NCBI GenBank assembly: GCA_951406725.2
Contig: OX597817.1
Span: 68,014,001-68,078,000, forward strand
DNA: 64,000 nucleotides
Source: Octopus vulgaris
Lineage: Eukaryota
Reading direction: 5' to 3'
The position numbers were made by a program, and so were the translations under genes. The first letter of the stretch is position 1; each line of letters starts with the position of its first letter. Below, one piece after another: positions 12,497 to 26,339 of this stretch. The notes beneath the pieces are model-generated. The model was not told where the DNA came from and did no database searches. It was given only the letters and a program-made list of their open reading frames with translations.

Positions 12497-13671
12497 TGGG
12501 CTGAAAAGTTCATAGGTGGGTTACGAAGAGGTAATGCTAGAGCTCTGAAAACTTGCAAGCGTTAACTTCATCTCTTACTGCATTTGGGTAAACTGAAATC
12601 TGACTGTTCAGAGAAAACTAGTAGCGACTTCTCTTTAAAATGGACAAAATTTGGCATCGTGATGTTATCAAGTACTTGCAGAAAAAGGGTTCAGCCCCCA
12701 ACGACATTCAGGCTGACATGGTTGCTCCATTAGGGGATGTTGCTCCAGCTTTATCAACAGTGAAAAAAAGTGGGCAGCTGAATTTATGAGGCGAAGGGTG
12801 TGTCTTGAAGATAACCCGTGGTCTGGACGTCCTGCAGGTGCCACCACCGAGGGAAACATTGATCCTGTTCACCACATGCTGATGGATGACAGGCAATTGA
12901 TGATAAATCAAATAGCCAATCTTATTAACATGTTCCACGAGAGAGTTGAGAATTTTCGGCACAGTTGAGAAATTTCTAAACTTGGAATCACGAAGGTTTC
13001 TCCTCGATGGGTGTCACGTCTTCTGACACCTGGTCAAAAGCGCATCAGGCCGATCATATCAAGGGGAAATCTGACATTGTTTGAAACAGACCCAGCTACT
13101 TTCTTTGAATATTTCCCAACCCAGGGTAAGCATGAGACAAAGAGACAATCCATGCAGTGAAACCCGCTCCACACCCGCACCTGCTCCAAAGAAGGCATAG
13201 GTCGTTTCAGCTGGCTTCAGTTTTTTAGGATGCAAAAGACATTGTGATTTTTGACTATCTTCAAAAGGTGTACACCATCAATGGAAAGTACTATGCCACC
13301 TTGTTAAGGCAGTTACGAAAGGTTGGCAAGACTAAGCACCAAGAAGACTGGTGAAAGGAGTCCTGCTTCATCAGGACAATGCTGCATCACACAAGTCATT
13401 GGTCTCAATGGCTGCTTAAGTGTCACTTTCAACTGGTTGATCACAATCTCTGTTTTCCTGGTTTGGCCTCATCTGACTATCATCAGTTCCCTAACAGGAA
13501 AAACACTTGGCTGGGAACCAGAATCACGGATGAAGACGTCATATATGCTGCTACTGCTGCTGCTGATTTTTTTTTATCAACAGGATGAAAGCTTCTTTAC
13601 TAATGGGATCCAAAGACTGCAACACCGAGAATATCTTGGTCAGTCTATGAACTTTTCACCCGACCCTTGTA
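12497..13671 (+). mobile_element. Decayed mariner (Tc1/mariner) transposon
   Basis: TIR remnants ggctgaaaagttcatag / ctatgaacttttcacccgacccttgta. The transposase starts at ATG 12640 (MDKIWHRDVIKYL, LEDNPWSGRP, RWVSRLLT, HQDNA, PGLASSDY) and carries frameshifts. Confidence 0.9.
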
Positions 13672-13939
13672 TGATTAGTTGCTCTACGTTCATTGAACAT
13701 GCATACACACATGCTTACATCCGTATATATAAATATATACACACTCACACTCACATATAATTTGAATCTTGTGAAATATTTACTATTTTAACTTACTGAT
13801 AAATTAATGATAGTGTTGTGATATTGTTCAATGAATTGAGTTAGAGTCCAATAAAAAAAACCCCACCTAAATAAATGCCTAACACAGGATTTTAAGGTAT
13901 CCATCAGGGTCATTTAACCCGCCAGAAACAATTTCAGAA

Positions 13940-14270
13940 TCATGGAGGCCTTCCGTATCAACAAAGTGAGACCTGCCATTAATAGCAGGAAGGAACTTCA
14001 TGAAGTAGACTGCTTACTATAGCAACATCAATCTGCACACGTTACCTCCCTCTTTCTTACTACACACATCTCAGCCGCGACTTTCCCTTCCCTCGCTTTT
14101 TCCAAATGTCCTGAAGAAGTGGTCATGACCCCGAAATACAGAAATAAAAGGTAAAACTGCAACTTTCTTTTGTTTTCTTTTTCCTTTTGTAGTTTACCCT
14201 GTACATTCTCGCATTGGCTCCGGCTTTACACAACAAATCTCTTTAAGTTTGTTATTTTTAAACAAGAATA
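13940..14270 (+). mobile_element. Penelope-like element C-terminus and 3' UTR relic
   Basis: MEAFRINKVRPAINSRKE resembles a GIY-YIG C-terminal E..I..P..N motif, followed by CTGAAGA-AGTGGTCATGACCCC-GAAA at 14111-14136. Confidence 0.5.
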
Positions 14271-14352
14271 TTATTGACAGTAACTTCTAAATTTCGGCCT
14301 GCTAAGGCATCGTCAGACTACAATACACACATACACACACACACACGCAACA

Positions 14353-14455
<103 letters not shown>

Positions 14456-15123
14456 ATGTATATATACAGTGTATATGTGTCTATGTGTCTGTGAAAGCGT
14501 GCCTGTCTGTATGTGTTTAAATAATATTGATTCAAAGGATGAATCGATGTATGTCCTTAGTAAAGCAGAACTCTGATAAGCAATCCAAGGAGACTCAAAT
14601 ATGAACATTATATGGATGTTATTCTCTTCTATCTTTTCGTATTGAGTGCTTCATCTCTCGATTGCAATTCACACTAGTGTTAGCCCATTATCATGTATGC
14701 ATATATGCTTGCCTGTATATATATTTATGTACTACGTATGTATACATGTAACTATATATCTGTCTATTTAACTTTGTATATATGAGTGTGTGAGTGTGTG
14801 CGCGCGAATGTGTATGAGTATGTGGTTTTTGCTTGTGTGTAATGCTGTAAAATGGCGTGTTGAGTTGCATTCCTTTATATCAAAAATATCAGCTAGACAG
14901 TTTATAAATGACAATCGATAAATATGTACACGACTGGAGTATTGACTGTTATCGAAATGATCGACTAAAAACCCTTGATGGCAATAGAATTATTGGAACT
15001 AGCAAGATATGGAAAGGATATATAAATATGAATAAATAAATAAATATGTATGTATATATATATATATATAAGTTCACATATATATTTATTATAGATATTT
15101 ACATATACATACACACATGTGTT

Positions 15124-15179
<56 letters not shown>

Positions 15180-15376
15180 TATATATATATGTAAGTATAC
15201 ATACATACACACGCATACGTACATACAGGTGCGCACAGACATGTATAATATGTGCATATTGCTTATACTGCATCACTTTCTTTTCATCATTTGTCGACTG
15301 GAGATCATTGCAATTTCGGCACTATAAACAGAAAACGCACACACATTGACACACACACACGCACACACACACACAC

Positions 15377-15426
<50 letters not shown>

Positions 15427-15427
15427 C

Positions 15428-15483
<56 letters not shown>

Positions 15484-15542
15484 TACTTACAGAGATATTT
15501 ATCACTCTCTCTGTACACACAAACACATACACACACACGCAC

Positions 15543-15650
<108 letters not shown>

Positions 15651-15889
15651 CTTTATACAGTCATACACAGATATCAACAGACATACATACACTTCCCCAG
15701 AAACTTATTTTGAACACTAATGTTTTGTTTCGTGCTGAAAAAATAAGTCGTCTGCGTATACACCCTCACTCTGTATCACCATCTCCCTTTCTTCAAGACT
15801 CACAGACACATACACTAATACTTCCCTGCCCACGCACATACATTTCCACACAGAATTTAGTTCTGCCATTCTTCCATTTCCCAATCACT

Positions 15890-16372
15890 CTTTCACCACC
15901 ATCACCGCCACCACCACCACCACCACCACCATCACCAACACCACCACCACCACCACCACCACCACCATTACCACCGACTTCAACTCCACTTCTATCACTA
16001 CGGCCACCACCATCATCAACAGCAGAAGCACCAGTACCAATGGCCCCCATCACCTCTATCGAAACCATCTCCATCTACATCAGTATCACCAGTAGCAGCA
16101 CCACCAGCACTAGCACCACCACCACCACCACCACCACCACCACCACCACCACCATTACCACCGCCGTCAACTCCACTTCTATCACTACGGCCACCACCAT
16201 CATCAACAGCAGAAGCACCAGTACCAATGGCCCATATCACCTCTAGCGAAACCATTACCATCTACATCAGTACCACCAGTAGCAGCACCACCAGCACTAG
16301 CACCAGAACCACCAGCACCACCACCATCACCACCAGTACCCACCACCACCACCACCACTACCACCACCACCG
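15890..16372. repeat. (CAC)n-rich repeat with a ~187-bp higher-order duplication
   Basis: atcaacagcagaagcaccagtaccaatggccc occurs at 16015 and 16202. Confidence 0.85.
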
Positions 16373-16916
16373 TTGGTTCTGTACTTAGCTTGCTGCAATG
16401 GGCAAAGCGGAGCTGTTACGATTAAATATATTAGCCAGGTTCTTTGTTGGCCATTATGTGTTTGACGTTTATCCTTTGGTGAGTGATTGGTTGGCTTTGC
16501 ATTAGTAAAGTAAGCCAGCAGTCTCCCGCGCGCAGCATCGAATGCTCTCTGTGTACTCTTCAGAAATAAAATGCGCTCTTTTCGAATGTTTAGTCCTGAA
16601 GGATTAGCCATTCTATCCTCATCGATTTTCTCAGTAACTTTACCTCGAGTTGTTATTTGGAAACCGAGCTGGAATAAAAAAAAAACAAACAAAAAACAAA
16701 CGACAACAACAACAAAAGAACTACATTCAAAAATACGTTTCAAAGCATATAGCTTTTGTTTGTTTGTCTCTCTCTTTCTCTCTTCCCCCCTGTGTGTGTG
16801 TGTGTGTGTGTGTGTTTGTGTTTGTGTATGTGTCTATATATGTATTTCTACCTCTTTCTTTCTTTCTTTCTTTCTTTCTTTGTTTGTGTGTGTATATATA
16901 TATATATATATGTATG

Positions 16917-16975
<59 letters not shown>

Positions 16976-17678
16976 GTGTGTGTGTTTAATTCGATCTTTG
17001 CGGCATTTAGTTCCGTCTCTTTAAGTTTTGTGTTCAAATCCCTCCAGAGGTTGACTCTGTCTTTCATCTTTCTGAGGTCGATATAATATGTATCATTGAA
17101 ATACGATGGTAGAGTTGATTAAATCGATTATACCCTTTCCCACCAAAGTTTGAATCCATGTATGTGCCAGAAATTGATATTTTATTTACATCATTATTCT
17201 TGCTGTCGTTGTTACTGTTGATGATGATGTGGTGGTGGTGGTGGTGGTGGTTATCCCTGTTTGAACGGAGCTATAATCATAAGGCTTCCAATCATGACCA
17301 TTCTGCCTCCTTTCGTAAGAAAATGTTTACTGTTTCTTTTAACATCCAGCAACAACTTCTCTGCATTGACAGCTTACATCTTTGGTACTACGGGTATAGA
17401 ATGGCTTGAATGCCTGGGAAAAGAATCATATAACAAATTTTGTCGGTAAAGCCAACCGACAGGAGATTCAGGGTAGACCACTACCTCGGTTGGTCTCGTT
17501 TGGGGATCCAGCTGAAACGTTTGCCGATGGAAATTTTTGATAGGACCTCCTCGGACAGTGAATCTGAGGATGTTGCTGACTGTCAACCCTCATTGCAATA
17601 GTGAACTATGAAGAAATATTTGGTTGCTATTTCTTGCAAAGTGGGTGACAGCATAGAAGCTGCTTTGCTGTCTCGTTA

Positions 17679-17826
<148 letters not shown>

Positions 17827-17830
17827 CACA

Positions 17831-18075
17831 AAGGCGGTAAGTTGGCAGAATCGCTAGCGCACCGAGCAAAATGATTAGCGGCATTTTGTCCATCTTCATC
17901 TTCTGAGTTCAAATTCCGCCGAGGTCGACTTTGCTTTTCATCGTTTCGGGGTCAACACCGGGCAAAATGCTTAGCAGGATTTTGTCCGTCTTCGTGTTCT
18001 GAGTTTAAATTCTGCCGAAGTCGACTTTGCCTTTCATCCTTTTGGGGGGTCAATAAAATAAGTACCAGTTGAAAT
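17831..18075 (+). mobile_element. tRNA-related SINE with internal duplication (Nin/Deu-like core)
   Basis: ggcagaatcg..gagttcaaattccgccgaggtcgactttgc(c/t)tttcatc; the core is present twice. The same family occurs at 34442, 40600, 45267 and 47165. Confidence 0.85.
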
Positions 18076-18784
18076 TGCAAGCCTTGAGTCAAAGCTTAAT
18101 ATAAATCAATATATATATTTCACAGTTATTGTGCATTGAAGAGAAGGAGATCAGGTTCAGAAAAATTAATTATGTCACTCAGTTTTCTCTCTACAGGAAA
18201 TTAATTCCCTTTACTTAAGTTGATGGTGATCCTGAGAACGTTATGGATGATACACAATATCATCCTACTGGGTTGTACCTGATTAAACATGAAATATAAT
18301 ATTTCAAAAGGTTATGAGATCTACCGGTGAACGGGAAAATGTCACAAATTTGGTTAGGAAAAAAATAGAATCATGAGAAAAGTGTCATATTTCAATTGAC
18401 TCTCATCTTATAAATTTAATGACTGGGCGTGTGTATGTATGAAATGACACTTAGTTTTTAACAGAAAGGGACTTCAGTAGCAAGTAGCTCTTTTAACAAA
18501 GAAAGTACTGTTAACAATCGGCTGTTGAGCGGTAAATTCACACACACACAGACACACACACACGCACACACAAACCCACATAAAGCAATATAAAAATATA
18601 TCCACTGACTTCAAGAGTTCAATTTTTTGACATATCATTAAATTCCAATATGTAATTTCTTCAAATCAATTATCCATAGCAAAAATCCCTTTGCGTAAAG
18701 AAAAAAAAATGGCCTGAAACAAATGTTCAGAGTAGAATCTCTAGAAGAATAAAAGGCAAAGATTTCACTGTTATTTGAAAATTT

Positions 18785-19055
18785 CCTTTTCAAGTTCTAC
18801 AGCTGTTTCCATGGTTAAACTACAAACAGCCTCATTCATATAATAATTACGTAATTATAGCATAAAAATGCATAATTGAATGAGATTAGTAAATCTGGAA
18901 GTAAAACTGTAATATTTAAATTTTTCCCTTGGCTTTACAGTTCACTCATCTCTTTCAAATTAATTAATGTATTTTTATATATTAATTACGTAATGGCTAT
19001 ATAGATGACGATGTTTGTATTTTAACTGGGAAAACAAATGTAGAATTTAAGAAAA
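18785..19055. mobile_element. Old AT-rich foldback/MITE-like element
   Basis: ~100-bp arms are diverged reverse complements (ttctaca..gttaaa.tacaaaca..attacgtaatta..ataaaaat.cat). Confidence 0.55.
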
Positions 19056-21049
19056 ACATATTTGGCTCGTATTGTGATTGATTCAACCAGCAATAACCCT
19101 CTTCTGCAAATATGCTGCTTTGAAATAATATAAATTTTAATGATATAAAATGTATTCTCTTATCTGTTTGAACTTGGTGGATTTCACAGTTAATGTTACA
19201 GCATTGGACTAAATGTTTTACCAGGGTTTAAGTACGTCCTTCTAAGCTTTGAATTAAATTCTCGCCAGCCTCAAATTTTTTTACCTTTTATCCTTTTTCA
19301 CTGGAGTCGGCCAATAAAATAAATAGCACTTGTTGTAGTTGTTGTTATTGTATAGCTACAAGGTATTCTTTGTTGCGCAGACATTAAGCGTCCATGTAAT
19401 TAGGCGGCTCAACGTGATTCACAGACTGTCTTGGATCGACTGTGCCTTCGCAGTGTTAAGGACAGGGATTAACTGTAACAGTTGGATGACATGCTGTGGT
19501 CTTTCTTTCTTTCAATCAATCTTATTACGTCCGTTGTCGCTGTTGATGTCTTAGCCAAAGAGCAATTCCCTCTGAGAAGTATCAGAACTAGAGATAATCA
19601 TGGAATGTTCACTCCATGGCCTTAGGGATATATCTCAGACAATGTTGTCTAGTATGACCTTTCCTCATGTAAAAGCGGCTGAGTGCAATTTAGGGCATAA
19701 AAATGGATGCAATTTAGGGTATGGAGCGATCTTCAACGTTAACTTGTTCAGTATGTAAGCTGGCAAAGGAAGGGGGCAATTTTCGCTGCTTTGCACGATT
19801 CATATCCAGTATGTGTCTCTACAGCGTTTCAGGCATATGAGGTTATTCATTTTAGTTATTTATGGATGCGTAAGTTTTTATTTTCATATTTGTTTTTACT
19901 GAGCGGGTGTGTTGTTGGTATGGTATTCAAATAGTATTCTATACTGTTGTATATATGACTAGAAGTAAGTTTATGTACGGTTAGGGTTAAATTTTAAGTA
20001 AGTTTAGGGATAAATTAGTAAAAGAAACGGTGAAGATGAAAGTTAACTGCAACAATAAACTTTGCTCCTTGCATGTCCTGAATAAGTACCAGTAATATAT
20101 TGAAGTAGAAACAGTATAGAATACTATTTGAGTGTATGCTGTGTAAAAAGAAACCCGTGTAAAAAATATAATGAAGATATATATTTCATGTTTGCTAATC
20201 ATGCAAAACGGAGATATATTTGCGACAAAACGGAGAGCTGTACGGAAAGAGACATGTTTCCAGAAAAAGTTTTTTGCATGCATAACATTAAGAACATTAT
20301 TGCAGGGTTTTTATCGAATATTAAATAATCTTGAATCTTTTCCCGAATCTCAAGTGTCCACAGATCTACCTGACTGGTGAAAGTAATATATCAGTTTGTT
20401 TTATTGGAAGATGTTGCTAGTCCCTGACTAAAGCCTTCTCCATATTTAGAGGATGGTTATCCGTTGTAAGTGGTCCTCTGACATTTTTTCTCCCAGTGCA
20501 GCTAAGATGATAAATAGGGAAAGAGGTAGAGGTGAATATGCCTCATTACTTGAGCGATATTTTATTTATCAATGTCGTAAGGATGAATGGCTAAGTTGAC
20601 CTCGGCAATATATTAGCTTGGTTCAATAACTATCTCACTACATTCTATTCGATGCAGTAACGATTTTACCAATATACCGTTAAATGCAAGACGAAAAACG
20701 TCTTCCCTAACAGTAATAATCTTATACATTGTATTGTTAATTTGACAAAACTGCAGAAGCGACAAATTTGTATCTATGCAAAATGTGAAACCAAAATTGT
20801 CGTATGGGTAAGATACTGAATAATAAGTTTCGGGTTTATAATTAATAACCAAACCTCAGGTGTATACTACACTCCCAATTGCATTCTGTTACACTTGATT
20901 TATATTCCCTATATTTTCATTGTTTTTCTCAACCAAATTTAATGATTAAGTTAATGATTGTTCCTCAACAAGTGAAATTTAATCAATTAAAATGTTTTGG
21001 CTTACTCCATTAATAGCGCCCACTTTTTAAAAAATACTATGTTGACACA

Positions 21050-21950
21050 TTATTTAATGTACCTCCTTTATTTACTTCTCGGATATAATACTAAAGTTTC
21101 ACTGGTGGGAATATGTGTGATGCATAATCGTAATAAATGCATATAAACTCGATAGAGTTGTTCTTCCAACACAAGAATTTTAGTGGTGTCAACTTCTTAG
21201 ATATCAATTTAGACCTGCAATCCAACAGTCTTGGACCTCATCGTAAGCCCAGCGAAAAATATTCTATATTAACAAGGGTTCCAGTCAACCGCCTTGTTGA
21301 CTTCATAATATAGTTAGTTTCATAGGTAAACGGATCTCCTGCTTGCCAACAGATGAGGCGGCTTGCAACTATACCACTCGAGAGTACCCGATTTTCCCAG
21401 CAGATCCATTACGTAAGTTGTGAATATAATACCGGAAGGTCTCGCAGAACTAGAACGAGAAAGGTGACTGTTAGGACTAATGTAGCTAGAAAAATTTAAA
21501 ATTTACTATTAAAACATTTTCCCGGAGACCGTAAATATTATAGAATATATAACAAAACCCTAAAAGCTATTCTTGCAAAAACTTTGCCTAGTTCGTTGAC
21601 CTGTACAATGTTAGTAGGCTTGGTGAATTTAATAAATATAATGACGGCCTTAAGTGCAATTTTGAAGATACTAGTAACTGTCCTCTTAATGATAATTTCC
21701 TGCTCAAAGGAGTTGCTTATAGGGCTATGATCATGATAGATAATAGCCCTACATATAAAAATATATTTATCTGAACCACAGAAAACAACTTGAAAATGTG
21801 ACTTTATCAATACGAAAATTTATTTAAATATCTGTTAAATTAATCAAGGTGTTTAAATATGTATGGAAATAAAAATAAACTGTTTCTGCCCCTCTCAAAA
21901 TACCATGGCCTATTCTGGAAAAAAGCAAACCCATATAGGCGTGGATCTTT
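21050..21950 (+). pseudogene. Highly decayed Penelope-like RT thumb and linker
   Basis: VNFLDINLDLQSNSLGPHRKP..YINKGSSQPP resembles the PLE motif VNFLDxT..YRKP..YIH..SNHP. Confidence 0.6.
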
Positions 21951-23414
21951 TCTATGAAATACCCTTTGTGAAAAACATTTTATCCTTTTTCAAGATAGAT
22001 CTGCATTGAATCGTGAAACGGAATGTCTGAACTGTTGTAGACGTTCTTTGAAATTTCCGATTTCGAAACCTTTGCTACTGAATGATTAAGTTACTGCTTT
22101 TAGCATAACTTTGAGTTTGTTGGATACTTTTTCATATTTTACAATAATGCATTTTTGTAATCCTAAATTCTTTTATTCCGATATTGTATTTGATTTATAC
22201 GTATTTGTAAGTATTGTATATTATATTTTCATATGCAGTTTTATCGACCAGGATATAGGTTTCACTGATGTTTATTATATTGTTAATTATATATTATATT
22301 ATCGTATTTAACTTTGTTTTATCGCTCATGTTCTATTATTACTTCTACCTTGAATTGATTGGACTATTTTTTTTACTTACCCCTATGCATATAAAAAAAA
22401 AGTACTAGTGTGTTAGAAGTATTTTTTCCTATGTCCATGAATATTTCTAAATTGGATTTCGCTCGTTTTATTGGTTTTATTTTGTGTGTTCGTAGTTTGG
22501 CCTTTACCTCTTATATGCATTCAACTACGTATCAACCTAATTTCTTTATCTTTTATACGCTTTCTGATTGCTTCCTCCATTGTGCTTGTAACTCTCCGTT
22601 ACATTTAACCCTATATCCATCTAATTTTTATAACTATTGTACACTTTCTAATCGCTTCCTTCCCATTGCTTATAGCTACCCGTATTAGATACACGGTGTT
22701 CGCTCTCTGATAGGTTTATGGTCGAGCCCGTGACAATTGAGAACTCCGGCGTTCTTGGCCCCAGCGCCATAACCCTGCTCATCGCTATCGGGAATGAGTT
22801 GCTGAGTCAGAGTGGCTGTTCCAATGCACCTCGCTCGCTATCCGAAGCAACGCATTTTCCATTTTGTCTGTTGGTGCCATGAGAAATGTTTTTATATTGC
22901 CAGAGGCAAGATTCTCCGTTAATCCTTCTATTTACATATAATCGTTTTAACTACTTCTATCTTTTAATTCAACAAACATCTCTTATTTCTCCTTGTTTTT
23001 CTTGTCTCATTTTTTTCATGTTCTTCACCCTGCTCTTTTCTATTCTTTTTAATTTCTATGCATTTCTCTTTCTTTTATTTTCTTACGTGTCTGACACTTC
23101 CCTCCACTGTAGTAAGCTCATTTATTTATTCATTATTGCTTATTTATTATTTATTATTTTTTTGCAAGTACTTTTGCGCCTACTTTATCTCTTATTTAGG
23201 CTCTTCTGTGATAGAGCCTAAATGTTAAATTTTATTTTGACTTTAATTCACCCGGAGGAAACGGCTTTTTTTCCACATGATGTAATTGATTTTCGAATTC
23301 TGCGTTCCACAAACAATGTCGTTCGTAAATATTTATACAAAATTTAATTTTTTATGAGAAATAACTCAACTTTTAGATCGACAACTCTTCTACTCTCTAT
23401 CTCTTACTATCAGA

Positions 23415-23470
<56 letters not shown>

Positions 23471-23511
23471 CATATTTTATTTTATTTAAATATCTATATT
23501 AACATTTTACT

Positions 23512-25478
23512 TCACGAATGCTTTTTAGCAACTGCCATTTGGTGCATGAGAGAGTTCGATGCAGCTGCCCCCATCTCCACCTCCTGCCGTGAAGTTGGTT
23601 CATCCGGAACACCTGACAGGAAGAGATCCAGTCCTACTTTAAAGACATCCGCATCCACCCCATGCAGGTCCCTCAGGTTCTTCGGGAGGATATTGAAGCG
23701 CTGTGGGCCTCTGAAGCCCAGGCTATCACAGTATCTTGTCCTACATCTTGATGGCAAATTTGGTGTCCTTGGCACCACGCAGTGGCGCCCAGTTCTGGCA
23801 TTTGTGTAACTCTCGATGCCAAAGTTTGGGACAAGTCCTTCCAGGATCTTCCAGATGTATATTACGGTATTTCTTTCTCGCCTACGCTCCAAGGAATAGA
23901 GTTTTAATCTCTTGAGTCTTTTCCAGTAGCTTACATGCCGCACAGAGGCTATCTTCTTCGTGTAGCTTCGTTGGATCGCCTCAAGTTCTGTGATCAACTT
24001 GACACTGGATGGTGACCATAGCTGAGAGCAATAGTCAAAGTGGCCTAGGACAAGTGTCCTCCAGAGGACCATCATGGTTTCTTGGTCTCTTGTTCTAAAG
24101 GTTCTAAGAATCCATCCGGCCAGCCGTCTACATTTCATTGCCAATTTAGCAACATGTACATGAAAGGTTGTGTCATCACTCATGTAAATACCCAGGTCAC
24201 GCACTGATTGTGCCTCTGGGATTGCAATCCCTCTAGGTCCAGTGTATTCATTGGGTATTGCATTTAGTTTTGCATGCTGATAGCATAAAGCTTGAAACTT
24301 TTCAGCATTGAACTGCATGCTATTCTTTTCAGCCCACTTGTATATTTTGTCCAGCTCACATTGCAGGTGCTTAGTGTCTTCAGGGTTCTGTATTGCCTGT
24401 GAAACTTTTGTATCATCTGCATAACTTGTGATCGTGGCTCTCTGCGTGGCTGAGGGCATGTCTGAGAGGGCCATTATGAACAGTAGTGGTCCCAAAACAC
24501 TGCCCTGCGGAACACCGCTCACTATTTGCGTGTTAATGGAAGTAGACAAACCGATACCTACTGTTAAACGATACTGGAGGAGAAACACAGACAAGATATT
24601 GGCTACTACCACCTGACTTCTATCCTTCAGAAAGTCATGAAACCATTCTTTCAATTTTCCAACTATGCCAAGATCACGCAGTTTGTGACATATCATTCCA
24701 TGATCGACTTTATCAATGGCCTTTGCAAAGTCGAGATATATCACTTCCACATTTGAGTGGTTGAGCAGTCGTTTCAGCACCCAGTCATAGTGTTGTAGGA
24801 GCTGAGTTAAGTAGCTTCTTCCTGGTCGGAAACCATGTTGGGTGTGAGGCAGCAAGTCATTTTCTTCAAGGAAGGTGATTAGTTTCCTTCTGACTATTCG
24901 TTCCATGACCTTGCCGATGTATGAGGTCAGAGAGATAGGTCTGTAGTTCTTGGCCTCCGCTCTGCTACCTCCTTTATGAATAGGGCATATTTTACCTTCC
25001 TTCAGTTTTCTTGTAAGTTTGCCAATTGCAAGGAAGCTCTGAAAGAGGAACTGCAGTGGTCTTACTAGGACTCTCTTACATACTTTTAGAAGGATTGCCG
25101 GGAATCCATCGGGGCCAGTAGCTGAGTTTGTTTTCATTTCATCTATAGCCTTTATTACATCGTCTTCCTTTATATTGATGTAATCAATCATCGCTGCCTC
25201 TGTTTCTATATCTGCAGTGGTAAAGAAGTCAGTTGGATTGCTGATTTGAAAATGCCCAAGGGGTGGAGTGAAAACACTCTTGAATTGCTCATTTAGTATT
25301 TCACTTACCCTCATTGGATTTCCTGTGAGTGTGCCATCCTTTTCAAGGAGTGGCCATAACCTACAGTGCACCGTAGCTGTTTCTTTGGCATACCTGTAGA
25401 AAGCTCTGGGGTTAGATTTTATGTTGTCTATAGCCCAGGCTTCTTTGTCTGCTCTTTCCTTTTCATGGGAGAGTTGCA
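23512..25478 (-). mobile_element. 5'-truncated CR1-clade LINE with an uninterrupted reverse transcriptase frame
   Basis: GPDG, NYRPISLTS, QHGFRPGRS, YLDFAKA.DKVDH, SGVPQGSVLGPLLF, YADDTK, RDLG, LYSLERRRER, DEPT..SNSL. The 5' end abuts (TA)n; the ORF's first residues are microsatellite. Confidence 0.95.
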
Positions 25479-25859
25479 GATATATATATATATATATATA
25501 TATATTTATTGTACTCTTTGACACTCACTCTCTCTGTGTATGTATTAACTCTCACGCATTGCTTTCATTTTGTTTAACACTTCGTCTTTTAATGCTTACT
25601 TTCATTTTATCACAGCTATCACATACAAAAATCCTGTTTTCTGATTGGGTAAAAATGATCAAACTTTAAACTTCTGCAACATTTTTCTAAAAGCTTTCTG
25701 GAATAAATGATTTACATGCTCGGATTCATCGTGAAAAAGTGGATCAATATACCAAATTTGTAAATTTTCAAAATTTCATTCGTCTATCTCACTTTCTCAT
25801 GAAAAACTTTCTCACTCTATAAAAATATATCGCTCACACTGCGATATATAAATACTTAT

Positions 25860-26122
25860 TTTATCCTCTACTTTTAACGAGCCGCTAAGTTACAAGGATG
25901 TAGACAAACCGATACCTACTGTTAAACGATACTGGAGGAGAAACACAGACAAGATATGTACACACAAGCACACATAAAGGATGGGCTTTTTTCAGTTTTC
26001 GTCTGTCAACTCCACTCACAAGGCTTTGGTCAGCCAGGGTCTATAATAGATGACACCAGGCAGTGATACTGAACCCCGAACCATGTGGTTGGGAAGTAAA
26101 CTTCTTACCACATTGTCACGCC
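25860..26122 (-). mobile_element. Diverged CORE-type SINE
   Basis: Aligns to 35550-35841; it is the donor of the 58-nt match inside the CR1. Confidence 0.8.
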
Positions 26123-26339
26123 AGTGCTTCAACTCACACAGGCACAAACAGACAGAGACACAAACAGACAGAGACACAAACACACACACACATCGACACA
26201 TTGACACACACACACATTTGACACATTGACACACACGCGCGAGCGCATATGCATATGTACATAGAAGGCATACATAGACCGTTGATCTAGGCCTGGAAAG
26301 TTTTGCTTCTGTCTTGCTGGCACAGAACAGTAGTTGTTG

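Noticed and set aside
18796-18840. Hammerhead-like GAAACAGCTGTA on the minus strand
   Set aside because: There is no CUGANGA core, and it lies in the arm of an AT-rich foldback whose other arm lacks it.
22700-22745. Possible hammerhead downstream of the decayed PLE
   Set aside because: Both core motifs are too degenerate to call.
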